Part shown: positions 26,866 to 36,376 of the stretch, in pieces
Layout of the letters: each line of letters opens with the position of its first letter
Position numbering within the stretch: the stretch's first letter is position 1
Sequence record: OQ599310
Length of the DNA: 64,000 nucleotides
From: Escherichia phage 55
Direction: 5' to 3' (one strand)
The notes under the pieces: model-generated
Told to the model about the DNA's origin: nothing
Databases searched by the model: none
What the model saw: the letters and a program-made list of their open reading frames with translations, nothing else
Made by a program: the position numbers and the translations under genes

Positions 26866-27966
26866 ATGAAAGTTATGTTTATCCCATCTCGTGCAGTCCC
26901 ATTTAATCCTGACCGTGTACAAGGTGGTCTTGAAGCAGTACATTTAAATGTGTTGAAATATTTAGTTTCTATCGGTGCCGATATTGATTATATTGGTTTT
27001 GATAATGACACATTTGGTGATTGGAAGGTTAATCATCATCCTGTTGGTCATCTGACTAAATTCAGTCTAGGTATGAGTTATACTATGGCTCGTAAGATTG
27101 TTGAACTAGCCGGCATCCATGAATACGATTTTGTTGTTACTATGGAACCGACTAAACTAACCGTTCAGGCAATTAAAGACGCAGGTCTCTCTAAAGTTCA
27201 TAAGAATTTTATGGCAACACCATTTGAACCGGTATCTCGTGGCATTGTTCAAATTTGGGACCAGACTATTCAAATTCATAAGAACGGTGGTAAGAGTTAT
27301 GCTCCTACTAAAGCCTTCCGTGAATTTGAACGTAAATATTGTTATATGACTTCAGGTCTGACTGACAAAATTGATTATGATTATTGGCGAGCAAATCCGT
27401 TGTTTGAAGCCGAAGATTATCCGGTTATTTGTTTGAATGAGAAACCTGAAGTTCTTCCGGCGACTGATCTGATTATTAGTGCACAACGTTATGACACTAA
27501 AATGCGTCGTACTGATGTTGCTCTTGAAGCGATTAAAGCACTAGGCGAAAATGGTGCAGGATACTGTCCTAGTAAATGGGCACCACCAGCTAAATATCCT
27601 GTTATTATTGATGCTCCACACAGTGAAATTATGGAACGTCTTAAAACAGCTAAAGCACTTATTAATACGTGTCCTGACACAGGTACGGTAGAGAATAGTT
27701 CTATTGAAGCCATCTCTAAAGGTGTCCCTGTAATCCAGCTAGTTTTTAAGGATTATCCTCATGCGACATTTGAATACGACCCAGATACTGTGCGTGTAGA
27801 AATTGATTCCTCTACTCCTAAGAAAGAAGTAGTTGCGCTTTACACAAAAGCTGTATTAGAATTCACTGACACATACGAAGCTCGAGTTAAACGTGCTGAA
27901 GCAGTATGGAAGAAGTATAACCGAGATGCGGTTGTTGCGATGTGGGATAAAATCTTCACAGCGTAA
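26866..27966 (+). CDS. candidate GT-B fold glycosyltransferase (possible DNA hmC glycosyltransferase)
   Basis: N-terminus MKVMFIPSRA...GG and C-terminal GTVENSSIEAISKGVPVIQ resemble GT4-type motifs; lies between gene 39 and rIIA. Confidence 0.5.
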   Translation: MKVMFIPSRAVPFNPDRVQGGLEAVHLNVLKYLVSIGADIDYIGFDNDTFGDWKVNHHPVGHLTKFSLGMSYTMARKIVELAGIHEYDFVVTMEPTKLTVQAIKDAGLSKVHKNFMATPFEPVSRGIVQIWDQTIQIHKNGGKSYAPTKAFREFERKYCYMTSGLTDKIDYDYWRANPLFEAEDYPVICLNEKPEVLPATDLIISAQRYDTKMRRTDVALEAIKALGENGAGYCPSKWAPPAKYPVIIDAPHSEIMERLKTAKALINTCPDTGTVENSSIEAISKGVPVIQLVFKDYPHATFEYDPDTVRVEIDSSTPKKEVVALYTKAVLEFTDTYEARVKRAEAVWKKYNRDAVVAMWDKIFTA

Positions 27967-28058
27967 ATCCTGAATCGCCTGAGGCACTATTACACATAAG
28001 ATGATAGATTATATGGTCTTTAGTAATAGTGCCCTAGGAATCTACTGAAGAGAATATT

Positions 28059-28259
28059 ATGAGAACATATAACGTGGACTTGGAACTTTTTGATAAAGCA
28101 GTGCTCCGGGAATTCCGGCTTATCCAAAGATTTTTTGATATCGAGTCAGCAGAGTCCTTTAAAGAACGCTTTAAAGAAATTCGATATAAAATACAAACCG
28201 ATACAGCTACTAAAGAAGAACTTCTTGAAGTAGCAGAAATTTTTAAACGTAACTTGTGA
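28059..28259 (+). CDS. hypothetical small protein
   Basis: 66-aa ORF. Confidence 0.35.
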   Translation: MRTYNVDLELFDKAVLREFRLIQRFFDIESAESFKERFKEIRYKIQTDTATKEELLEVAEIFKRNL

Positions 28260-28271
28260 TGAGAGAAAAAT

Positions 28272-30485
28272 ATGATTATTGAAACGGCTAAAGAAACGAT
28301 TATTGGTTCAGGCGGTAAGAGCACAGCATTCACTATTCAAGGCAATAGCAAAGTTTATAAGATTTTGTCTAATGACCTTTATACAAACAAAGAATTGGCT
28401 TGTGTACGTGAATTAATTACAAACTGTATCGATGGACAAATTCTTAACGGTTGCACTGATAAGTTTATTGTTCAGGCTCCAGGTCGTTTAGACCCACGTT
28501 TTGTAGTTCGTGATTTTGGACCTGGTATGAGCGATTTCACCATTCGAGGTAATGACGAAGAGCCAGGAATTTATAACTCATATTTTGCTTCAACTAAAAC
28601 ATCGAGTAACGATTTCATTGGTGGATTCGGACTCGGCTCTAAAGCTCCATTAGCATATACCGATACGTTTAACCTTACGTCTTATCACAACGGTGAAGTT
28701 CGTGGTTACGTAATCTACCAAGATGACACAGGTCCACAAATTAAGCCGACCTTTGTAGATAAGATGGGTCCTGATGACCGTACGGGTGTAGAAGTAGTTG
28801 TACCGGTTAACCCGGAAGATTTTGAAAAGTTTGCATCCGAAATTGCATATGTTATGCGTCCTCTAGGTGATATTGCAGAAGTTCGTGGTGTTAAAGATAT
28901 TAAATACTTCCCAGAATTTGATGATGTATATTTGGCCAAGGAAGCTCCATGGGGTGAACGTGGTAATATCATGGCTGTTTATGGTGGTATTGTATATCCA
29001 ATCGGAAGTGTTATTAAAGAACAAACATGGATGATGACGCGATGCACTACAGCTTATATTAAATTCCCTATGGGTGAACTAGACGTAGCTCCGTCTCGTG
29101 AAGCATTGTCATTTGATAAACGTACAGTAGCAAATATCCATAAACGCGTTGCAGAAATCGATGCTAAATTGTTCGCTGAAGATTCTAAGAAATGGATTGA
29201 TTGTAAATACCCACGTCATGTGTTCCGTGAAATTGATTCTCTTGGCTATACCGCTCGTAAATACATGGAAAAGGCCGGGTCTAATATTGAATCACTGAAA
29301 TACTCTAAAGAACAACTAACTTATTCTGAGTTGTACAAACGTTTTAAAATGGGGCCTGAGTGGTGTAATCTTGGCGTCGTATATGATATCGTTGAATCCC
29401 CTCGTCTTCGTCGTATTCGTGAAAGTGGTAGCTCAACGGCAACCATTTCAATTAACAGTCTGATTGGCATTAACATTAAAAATGTTGAAATTGTTATTGA
29501 CGACGTTAAGGGACGCGTTCCATTAATGCGAGCTCTTAATTCAATTGAAATGTCTAAAGACGAGGTTAAATTAACTGGTAAAGTTCCACGCGGTTTTGGT
29601 AAAAGTGTACTATTCGTTGACCCTACAGACGAAGATGCAATGAAACTTCTGGAACGCCTTAAAGTTATCTTTGATGGCGACAACATTAACATGTACAAGA
29701 CTTCAGAGCTTTTACAAATCGTTAAGCCATGGATTGAAGTCAGGAAACGAACTAATGAGCCTCGTCCTAAATCCCCAAGTGCTCATCGGTTCTTTAAGAA
29801 TGAAAACGATGTTTGGGTATCAGAAGATCTCTTTATTCCAGCGAGTGAAGCAGATGAAATCCAAGGTTATGCTGTAATTCGTAATCGTTCTAATGCTGAA
29901 TGTCTTGACGCAGATAAAGGTTGGTTGAACTATGACTCCAATTTCTTGACCCGTATTGCTGATTTGTCAGGTATTAAAGAGTTCACTGTAGTTCGTCCAC
30001 AGATTGCTAAGAAAGTTCGTAAACTTGGTGAAGTAGAATGCTTGTTCGAAAAATCAATTAATGACTATATTACGCTAATCGATAAAGTGGATTATGATGA
30101 GTATGTATCACCAAGTCGTAGAGCACAGCCTTATTTGAATCATATTACTCGTAACGAAGAGCTTAACTTCCTTAGTAAGTATTTTAGCTCTAAGAACAAA
30201 GAAATCAGTAAAGACTTTGCAAAACTCTCAACAGTAAATAATCGTTGGGGATGGAATCGATTCGCAGGTGCTACTAATACAGACCTGAATAAGAAGTTAG
30301 AATTGTGTGCTAAAATTTTCGATAAGCTTAAAGATAATGCTTACGATAATGATGATAAAATGGTTATTGAATTCGAAACCAATTATCATATTGTGTCAGA
30401 CTACATGGGACGACGTGGTACTCTTTCTAAAGAACAAGTCGCTCAAATCGTTAAATTCATGAAGGCCGTGGAAGCGGCCAAATAA
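28272..30485 (+). CDS. rIIA: rIIA protein
   Basis: 737 aa; N-terminal GHKL-like ATPase motifs (ELITNCIDG, DFGPGMS, GGFGLGSK); followed by rIIB. Confidence 0.85.
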   Translation: MIIETAKETIIGSGGKSTAFTIQGNSKVYKILSNDLYTNKELACVRELITNCIDGQILNGCTDKFIVQAPGRLDPRFVVRDFGPGMSDFTIRGNDEEPGIYNSYFASTKTSSNDFIGGFGLGSKAPLAYTDTFNLTSYHNGEVRGYVIYQDDTGPQIKPTFVDKMGPDDRTGVEVVVPVNPEDFEKFASEIAYVMRPLGDIAEVRGVKDIKYFPEFDDVYLAKEAPWGERGNIMAVYGGIVYPIGSVIKEQTWMMTRCTTAYIKFPMGELDVAPSREALSFDKRTVANIHKRVAEIDAKLFAEDSKKWIDCKYPRHVFREIDSLGYTARKYMEKAGSNIESLKYSKEQLTYSELYKRFKMGPEWCNLGVVYDIVESPRLRRIRESGSSTATISINSLIGINIKNVEIVIDDVKGRVPLMRALNSIEMSKDEVKLTGKVPRGFGKSVLFVDPTDEDAMKLLERLKVIFDGDNINMYKTSELLQIVKPWIEVRKRTNEPRPKSPSAHRFFKNENDVWVSEDLFIPASEADEIQGYAVIRNRSNAECLDADKGWLNYDSNFLTRIADLSGIKEFTVVRPQIAKKVRKLGEVECLFEKSINDYITLIDKVDYDEYVSPSRRAQPYLNHITRNEELNFLSKYFSSKNKEISKDFAKLSTVNNRWGWNRFAGATNTDLNKKLELCAKIFDKLKDNAYDNDDKMVIEFETNYHIVSDYMGRRGTLSKEQVAQIVKFMKAVEAAK

Positions 30486-30494
30486 GGAAACATT

Positions 30495-31430
30495 ATGTAC
30501 AATATCAAATGCTTGTCCCAAGAAGAACAGTTAGAAGCTTACGGCCTGGTTGAATCAGGCAAATGGACTCGTAAAGAAATTGCCGATTACTTCAATATTT
30601 CTACTGACACTCTTCGTAAGATTGTTAAGAACTTTAAAGCTGAAGAGAAAGCAGCTGAATTTGAAGACGAAGAACAGGTCCAAGAAAATGATGAACCTAT
30701 TATCGGCGGACATCGTCCTGAAATCGTATGGAACGCGTCATCTAAATTTATTTCAATCATTGAAGGACGCGTAGCATACAATGCGACCCCATCAAGTCAT
30801 GCAAATTTTGAAGAAATTAAAGCTAATCTGGTCGCAGGAAACCTTAGTAAAGCTGTCGAACTTATTAACATCAAGAAAGCTATTACTAAGTTTGTTGATG
30901 GTAATGTTACTATTGAAGGTGGTAGTTTATTTTATCAAGGTATAGAGATTCGTTCAGGGCTGGTTAACCGTATTATTGATTCCATGGAAAAAGGCGAAGA
31001 CTTTAAATTCTATCTGCCATTCCTTGAAAACTTGTTAGAAAACCCAAGCGAAAAAGCTGTACAACGTTTATTCGACTTCTTGGTTGCAAACGATATTGAA
31101 ATCACTGAAGATGGGTATTTCTATGCGTGGAAAGTAGTTCGTAAGGACTATTTAGACTGCTATAGTGGTACATTTGATAACTCCCCAGGTAAAGTTGTTT
31201 CAATGCCTCGTACTCGAGTTAACGACGATGATACTCAAACCTGTTCTCGCGGTCTCCACGTTTGTGCTAAATCTTATATTCGCCACTTTGGTTCAAGCTC
31301 AGATAAAGTTGTTAAGGTTAAAGTTCATCCACGTGATGTTGTATCCATCCCGGTTGACTATGGTGATGCTAAGATGCGTACTTGTCGTTATGAAGTAATT
31401 TCAGACGTTACTGAATTATTTGCAGAATAA
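30495..31430 (+). CDS. rIIB: rIIB protein
   Basis: 311 aa, adjacent to rIIA. Confidence 0.8.
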   Translation: MYNIKCLSQEEQLEAYGLVESGKWTRKEIADYFNISTDTLRKIVKNFKAEEKAAEFEDEEQVQENDEPIIGGHRPEIVWNASSKFISIIEGRVAYNATPSSHANFEEIKANLVAGNLSKAVELINIKKAITKFVDGNVTIEGGSLFYQGIEIRSGLVNRIIDSMEKGEDFKFYLPFLENLLENPSEKAVQRLFDFLVANDIEITEDGYFYAWKVVRKDYLDCYSGTFDNSPGKVVSMPRTRVNDDDTQTCSRGLHVCAKSYIRHFGSSSDKVVKVKVHPRDVVSIPVDYGDAKMRTCRYEVISDVTELFAE

Positions 31431-31434
31431 TAAT

Positions 31435-31460
31435 TGGGGACTTCGGTCCCCTTTTTTTCT
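31435..31460 (+). terminator. rho-independent terminator after rIIB
   Basis: GGGGACTTCGGTCCCC then TTTTTTT. Confidence 0.75.
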
Positions 31461-31472
31461 TTAGGGGTAATT

Positions 31473-31760
31473 ATGATTCATCCATTTGACGTATCAGAAT
31501 CCAAAATTGCTAATCTTCGTGGTCATCATAAGTGTAAATCAGTTTATTGTGCTAAATTGGTAAAACATCCTGGTGATGCACACTATGGCTGGTTAGAATG
31601 CGACGAAGTTGTTAATGAAATTCCACCGGTAGATGCTAACTATCTTGAAGAAGGAGACCGCATTTATTTTGGCGAACTACACATCAGAGGTATCTATGGT
31701 AAAGACGAACTTGGGACTGTTGAGACTGAAGAATCTTCCGACATTTATCCTGTCGAATGA
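31473..31760 (+). CDS. hypothetical protein
   Basis: ORF. Confidence 0.4.
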   Translation: MIHPFDVSESKIANLRGHHKCKSVYCAKLVKHPGDAHYGWLECDEVVNEIPPVDANYLEEGDRIYFGELHIRGIYGKDELGTVETEESSDIYPVE

Positions 31761-31776
31761 GTTTTTGACTAGTGAA

Positions 31777-32253
31777 ATGAAAGTGAAGATTGCTAACACC
31801 GCTCGGTATTCCCTGAGCCAAAATCCAGACCAAAACAAAGAAGATGTAGTTCGACGTTGTAAGGTTGCAGTCTTTGCAGAGTATGTAGTAGCAAATTGGC
31901 TAGACGGATATGTTAATAAAGGTATTGAAGATGTAGAAGACCCGTATACGTATGCATGGGACGTGTTAGCTCATCCTAAGTACTGTGGTCTACGCGTAGA
32001 AGTAAAGACCCATCAGATGGGTTCTAAATGGATTTCTGTTACCACAGGATACAGTGGTGATTATCCAGGCGGCAACGGAATCAACATAGGGCCCTTCTTG
32101 AACCATCGAGTCGCAGATTGCATTATTATATTAGATGTCAAAGAAACCTCACCTGACGTCTTCTCTTATTCTATAAAGTTCGTGGGAGACCATGAAGACC
32201 TAAAGAAAATCGTCCGCAAGAGCAACTACAACGGGTGGTATCTTCATCTTTAA
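31777..32253 (+). CDS. hypothetical protein (position of T4 denB; not verifiable from sequence)
   Basis: ORF; start uncertain (in-frame ORF opens at 31633). Confidence 0.35.
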   Translation: MKVKIANTARYSLSQNPDQNKEDVVRRCKVAVFAEYVVANWLDGYVNKGIEDVEDPYTYAWDVLAHPKYCGLRVEVKTHQMGSKWISVTTGYSGDYPGGNGINIGPFLNHRVADCIIILDVKETSPDVFSYSIKFVGDHEDLKKIVRKSNYNGWYLHL

Positions 32254-32265
32254 TTTCACAAAAGT

Positions 32266-32296
32266 GTTTACAACTAAGTAGGACTATGATATAGTA
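32266..32296 (+). promoter_or_regulatory. T4-type early promoter with TAGGACTAT/ATAGTAGTCCTA inverted repeat
   Basis: GTTTAC then TATGATATAGT. Confidence 0.45.
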
Positions 32297-32321
32297 GTCC
32301 TATCTAAAAGAGGATAACATC

Positions 32322-32585
32322 ATGAAATTTAAATTTTTCTACGCAAAACATAAAGTAACAGGCGAATTTGTTTCAATGTACAACACTGCAGATGACGAAG
32401 GGATGATTTATACCCATTTGGGTCTATCTCATTGGGACTCAGACGTGCCTTATATGTCATCTGAAGCCGAAATAACTCGTTTAGTTAATGGACATATGAA
32501 TGACCATTTTGGTGTTATTCTTTCTAAAGACCTTAAAGAGGTTATCAACAAAGGATATATGGAACTCGCGGAAGTTGAGATATGA
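32322..32585 (+). CDS. hypothetical protein
   Basis: 87-aa ORF. Confidence 0.45.
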   Translation: MKFKFFYAKHKVTGEFVSMYNTADDEGMIYTHLGLSHWDSDVPYMSSEAEITRLVNGHMNDHFGVILSKDLKEVINKGYMELAEVEI

Positions 32586-32777
32586 GCTCTAAAATGTGGA
32601 TAGGAATATGGTTGCTTAGTATCCCAATGATTTGTATAATATTTTCAATTGTGTTGAGGTACTTATGAAAAATGCACTTCTTATTGTACTAAGAACAATT
32701 TGTGATACGGGTTTTTACATTGCATGTTCGTTCACTGGAACATGGTTGGCTTTAACATATTTTAATGTAATTTAATT

Positions 32778-32808
32778 GTTTACAACAAGGTAGGATTATG
32801 GTATAGTA
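32778..32808 (+). promoter_or_regulatory. T4-type early promoter with GTAGGA/TCCTAC inverted repeat
   Basis: GTTTAC then TATAGT. Confidence 0.45.
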
Positions 32809-32835
32809 GTCCTACTGAAACATGAGGAACACAAA

Positions 32836-33036
32836 ATGGCTAAGCTTTTTAAAGATGTTGAAATTGGTGAAAAATTTGTTCTGAATAATGGTCAGCAGCT
32901 TATTCGTGTAGCTTCTATCACCGGACAAACTCATAACTGTATCGCCCCAACGTGTTGGACTCGATTCTTTATTGAGGATGACACTGAATGTTTAACTGTT
33001 GAAGAGCTTTTTGAACGTTCTGATATAACCGAATAA
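32836..33036 (+). CDS. hypothetical protein
   Basis: 66-aa ORF. Confidence 0.4.
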   Translation: MAKLFKDVEIGEKFVLNNGQQLIRVASITGQTHNCIAPTCWTRFFIEDDTECLTVEELFERSDITE

Positions 33037-33038
33037 AA

Positions 33039-33068
33039 TTGTACAAACTCTTGAGAGCAGAGTATAAT
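33039..33068 (+). promoter_or_regulatory. early promoter; -10 TATAAT inside GAGAGCA/TGCTCTC inverted repeat
   Basis: TTGTAC at 33039-33044, TATAAT at 33063-33068. Confidence 0.55.
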
Positions 33069-33112
33069 GCTCTCATGGATTACAAAAACATTAATCAATT
33101 GAGGAAATTAGC

Positions 33113-33559
33113 ATGTCCAAATATTTAACTCGTAAAGACCTTCTAGCAGTTGGCGGTGAAGTTGTTGCAGTAGTTCGTAATGGTGAATACGGTTCTGAAG
33201 TTTCTAAAGAGTTTCGTTCTCGTGAAGGTTTTTACTTCTTTGTTAAAGGTTCATCTGATTGGCGACAAGTAGCAGCACGATTCTTTGTAGGACGTCAACG
33301 TTCTAAACAAGGGTTGGATGCAATTCTTTCTCACATTCGTCAAGGCCGTTCGCAACTAGCCCGTACCATGGGCACTAACAATATTGAATATGATGTAATC
33401 TTTGTTGCAGCTAAGAACATGAAACCACTGACTACTGGTTATGGTAAAGGACAATTGGCTCTGGCATTCACTCGCAACCATACATCAGAATATCAAACAC
33501 TCACTGAAATGAACCGTCTTCTGGCTGATAATTTCAAATTCATTCTGCAGAGTTACTAA
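33113..33559 (+). CDS. ndd: nucleoid disruption protein Ndd-like
   Basis: 148 aa; position between rIIB and 52; recalled similarity to T4 Ndd ([37 protein letters not shown]). Confidence 0.5.
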   Translation: MSKYLTRKDLLAVGGEVVAVVRNGEYGSEVSKEFRSREGFYFFVKGSSDWRQVAARFFVGRQRSKQGLDAILSHIRQGRSQLARTMGTNNIEYDVIFVAAKNMKPLTTGYGKGQLALAFTRNHTSEYQTLTEMNRLLADNFKFILQSY

Positions 33560-33611
33560 TTTATACGGGCCTATTAAGTTGGGCCTTTAATTTATTTTTG
33601 AGGTAATTAAA

Positions 33612-33758
33612 ATGATAGCATGGATTATTGCATTGCTGTGTTGGTCGTTTTTATTCGTTAACACTTTAGTTACAGGCGAAACAACAGTATTTCAACAGGC
33701 TGTATCACAAGGCACCTTAGCGGTCTTAGCTCTTCTTAACGTGTTAAAAGGCGAGTAA
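33612..33758 (+). CDS. small membrane peptide (48 aa)
   Basis: GAGGT RBS; hydrophobic translation. Confidence 0.35.
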   Translation: MIAWIIALLCWSFLFVNTLVTGETTVFQQAVSQGTLAVLALLNVLKGE

Positions 33759-33898
33759 TGATTAAGAAAATCTTAGCAGGAGCCTTAGGGCTCTTGTTGT
33801 TGCTTACGGTTCTGTACTATGGTGTGATGTTTGGACTAATCCAAGTAGTGCTTTTCATTTCAGATGTTATAATGGTTATTCGTTCATTAATATGGTGA
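33758..33898 (+). CDS. small membrane peptide (46 aa)
   Basis: TAATG overlap; hydrophobic translation. Confidence 0.35.
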   Translation: MIKKILAGALGLLLLLTVLYYGVMFGLIQVVLFISDVIMVIRSLIW

Positions 33899-33902
33899 AA
33901 AT

Positions 33903-35228
33903 ATGCAATTGAATTCTCGTAATCTAAAAAGTATTATTGATAACGAAGCCTTAGCATATGCGATGTACACCGTTGAAAACCGTGCAATCCCAAACATGAT
34001 TGATGGATTTAAGCCGGTTCAACGTTTTGTGGTTCATCGTGCGTTAGATTTGGCTCGTGGTAATAAAGAAAAATTTCATAAACTTGCGTCAATTGCAGGC
34101 GGTGTTGCAGATTTAGGTTATCATCATGGCGAATCTTCTGCACAAGATGCAGGTGCATTGATGGCTAATACGTGGAACAACAACTATCCACTGTTAGACG
34201 GCCAAGGTAACTTTGGTTCTCGAACAGTCCAAAAAGCTGCAGCATCTCGTTATATTTTTGCTCGTGTAAGTAAAAATTTCTATAATGTCTATAAAGATAC
34301 TGAATATGCTCCAGTACATGAAGATAAAGAACACGTTCCACCAAAATTCTATCTTCCTATTATTCCGACAGTTCTTTTGAATGGCGTCTCTGGTATTGCA
34401 ACCGGTTACGCAACAAATATTCTGCCTCATAGTTTCAAATCAGTCAAAAAGGCTGTGTTACAAGCTCTTCAAGGTAAAAATGTCACTAAGCCAAAAGTTG
34501 AATTCCCGGAATTCCGCGGTGAAGTGCATGAAGTTGATGGGCGTTATGAGATTCACGGAACATATAAGTTCACATCTCGCACTCAAATGCAGATAACTGA
34601 AATCCCGTATAAATTCGACCGTGAAACATATGTGAGTAAGGTTCTTGACCCGTTGGAAGACAAAGGTCTAATCTCGTGGGAAGATGATTGCGGTGAACAC
34701 GGCTTTGGGTTTAAGGTGAAGTTCCGTAAAGAGTACTCGCTTCCTGATGATGAAGAGCTACGTCATGAAAAAATCATGAAAGATTTTAGTCTCATCGAAC
34801 GTCGTTCACAAAACATCACAGTGATTAATGAAAAGGGTAAATTAGCTGTCTACGATAACGTAGTGGACTTAATCAAAGATTTTGTTGAAGTCCGTAAGAC
34901 TTACGTTCAGAAACGTATTGACAACAAAATCCTTGAATCTGAAAAAGCATTTAAACTTGCTTTTGCTAAGGCACACTTCATCAAAAAAGTTATCAGTGGC
35001 GAAATTGTGATTCAAGGCAAGACTCGTAAAGCTTTGACCGAAGAGCTAGCACAAATCGAAATGTATAAAGAACATGTCGATAAACTGGTAGGTCTTAACA
35101 TCTTCCATATCACTTCCGATGAAGCACGTAAACTAGCAGAAGAAGCTAAAGCTAAGAAAGAAGAAAATGAGTATTGGAAGTCTACTGATGTTGTGACAGA
35201 GTACACTAAAGACTTGGAGGCACTTTGA
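33903..35228 (+). CDS. 52: topoisomerase II medium subunit (GyrA-like cleavage domain), gene 52
   Basis: 441 aa; GFKPVQRFVVH and GyrA-like core. Confidence 0.9.
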   Translation: MQLNSRNLKSIIDNEALAYAMYTVENRAIPNMIDGFKPVQRFVVHRALDLARGNKEKFHKLASIAGGVADLGYHHGESSAQDAGALMANTWNNNYPLLDGQGNFGSRTVQKAAASRYIFARVSKNFYNVYKDTEYAPVHEDKEHVPPKFYLPIIPTVLLNGVSGIATGYATNILPHSFKSVKKAVLQALQGKNVTKPKVEFPEFRGEVHEVDGRYEIHGTYKFTSRTQMQITEIPYKFDRETYVSKVLDPLEDKGLISWEDDCGEHGFGFKVKFRKEYSLPDDEELRHEKIMKDFSLIERRSQNITVINEKGKLAVYDNVVDLIKDFVEVRKTYVQKRIDNKILESEKAFKLAFAKAHFIKKVISGEIVIQGKTRKALTEELAQIEMYKEHVDKLVGLNIFHITSDEARKLAEEAKAKKEENEYWKSTDVVTEYTKDLEAL

Positions 35229-35304
35229 GTGCCCTAGCCTTAGGATTTCTCAGTGCAATAGCTGCACTAGTGATTTGGCTGTATTGGTTGGACAAACATG
35301 ATTA

Positions 35305-35330
35305 GGGAGCCGAAGCTCCCTTTTGTGCAT
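35305..35330 (+). terminator. stem-loop GGGAGCCGAAGCTCCC followed by T-run
   Basis: hairpin then TTTTGTGCATTTTT. Confidence 0.55.
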
Positions 35331-35339
35331 TTTTCCTCA

Positions 35340-35414
35340 CAAAACAGTTTACATGTGCTTCAAACATGATATTATAGACCTATCAAAACAAAACAACCAA
35401 ATTGGAGAAATAAA
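35340..35414 (+). repeat. promoter/5'UTR cassette, copy 1 (GTTTAC..GCTTCAAACATGATATTATAGACCTATCAAAA..TTGGAGAAATAAAATG)
   Basis: near-identical to 35660-35733. Confidence 0.6.
35347..35376 (+). promoter_or_regulatory. T4-type early promoter
   Basis: GTTTAC, TATTAT at 17 bp. Confidence 0.5.
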
Positions 35415-35630
35415 ATGTCTAAAATGAAATTAACCCAAAACACAACTACTCGTTTCGGTAAAGTTAAACCTGGTATGAATGCTCCCCGTAAAGCACTTGT
35501 TGAAGAATTAAATTTCTTAGAAGTTGAAATCAATTCTTTAGTTGTTCGCGGTTCAAACGGGTATCATTTAGAAAAGCTTCGTTCTAAAAAGGCAAAACTT
35601 ATTAGCCTTATTAAAGAAATGAGTTTGTAA
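35415..35630 (+). CDS. hypothetical basic protein
   Basis: 71-aa ORF behind duplicated promoter cassette. Confidence 0.45.
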   Translation: MSKMKLTQNTTTRFGKVKPGMNAPRKALVEELNFLEVEINSLVVRGSNGYHLEKLRSKKAKLISLIKEMSL

Positions 35631-35659
35631 ATTTTACCAGGGCTTTTGAAAAAGAGCCC

Positions 35660-35733
35660 AAAATAAAGTTTACTTTTGCTTCAAACATGATATTATAGAC
35701 CTATCAAAAAAAATACTAATTTGGAGAAATAAA
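35660..35733 (+). repeat. promoter/5'UTR cassette, copy 2
   Basis: near-identical to 35340-35414. Confidence 0.6.
35668..35697 (+). promoter_or_regulatory. T4-type early promoter (motA)
   Basis: GTTTAC, TATTAT at 17 bp. Confidence 0.5.
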
Positions 35734-36366
35734 ATGTCTAAAGTTACTTACATCATCAAAGCTTCTGAAAACACTCTGAATGAAAAAACTGCTGCAATAA
35801 TGGTTTATATCATTAAGAACAACTTCACCACTGCTGCCAATGTCCGTGAAGCTCTGGAAGCAGAATACAGCGCATCAGTTGTTAACTCTAACATTGGTGT
35901 ATTGATTAAGAAAGGTTTAGTCGAAAAATCCGGTGATGGACTTATAGCAACAGGCGAAGCAATGGATATTATCCAAAAAGCTGCAGACCTCTTTGCCCAA
36001 GAAAATGCTCCAGAACTTCTTCAGAAACGTAACACCAGAAAAGCACGTGGAGTTACTCCTGAAATGCATGAATTAGCAAACTTTGTTTTTGAAAATATTA
36101 AAGATAAAGTTGAAGTTAAAGAAATTGGTGAAAACCGTAGTAACTTAGAAGTTCGATTCGCTAAACGAGTTCTAGGCATTCGCCAAATTGAAATTCGACG
36201 AAATGGCGCTCTTAGAATCTTTGCATACAACATGTCAGAAACTGAATCAAAGCTGTTTACTTCTCTTGAAAATGATGTTAAGATTAAGATCGGTGGTAAA
36301 TATACTTACATTGACTTCCCTAATGTGTCCAAAGAAATCATTACCCTTGTAACTAACGTACTGTGA
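35734..36366 (+). CDS. motA: MotA middle-transcription activator
   Basis: MSKVTYIIKAS...LNEKTA, NSNIGVLIKKGLVEKSGDGLI match T4 MotA; 210 aa. Confidence 0.9.
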   Translation: MSKVTYIIKASENTLNEKTAAIMVYIIKNNFTTAANVREALEAEYSASVVNSNIGVLIKKGLVEKSGDGLIATGEAMDIIQKAADLFAQENAPELLQKRNTRKARGVTPEMHELANFVFENIKDKVEVKEIGENRSNLEVRFAKRVLGIRQIEIRRNGALRIFAYNMSETESKLFTSLENDVKIKIGGKYTYIDFPNVSKEIITLVTNVL

Positions 36367-36376
36367 GGAATACATA

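Noticed and set aside
33560-33600. GGGCC...GGGCC element after the ndd-like gene as a terminator
   Set aside because: Only a 4-5 bp stem with an 11-nt loop and no clear U-run; too weak to call.
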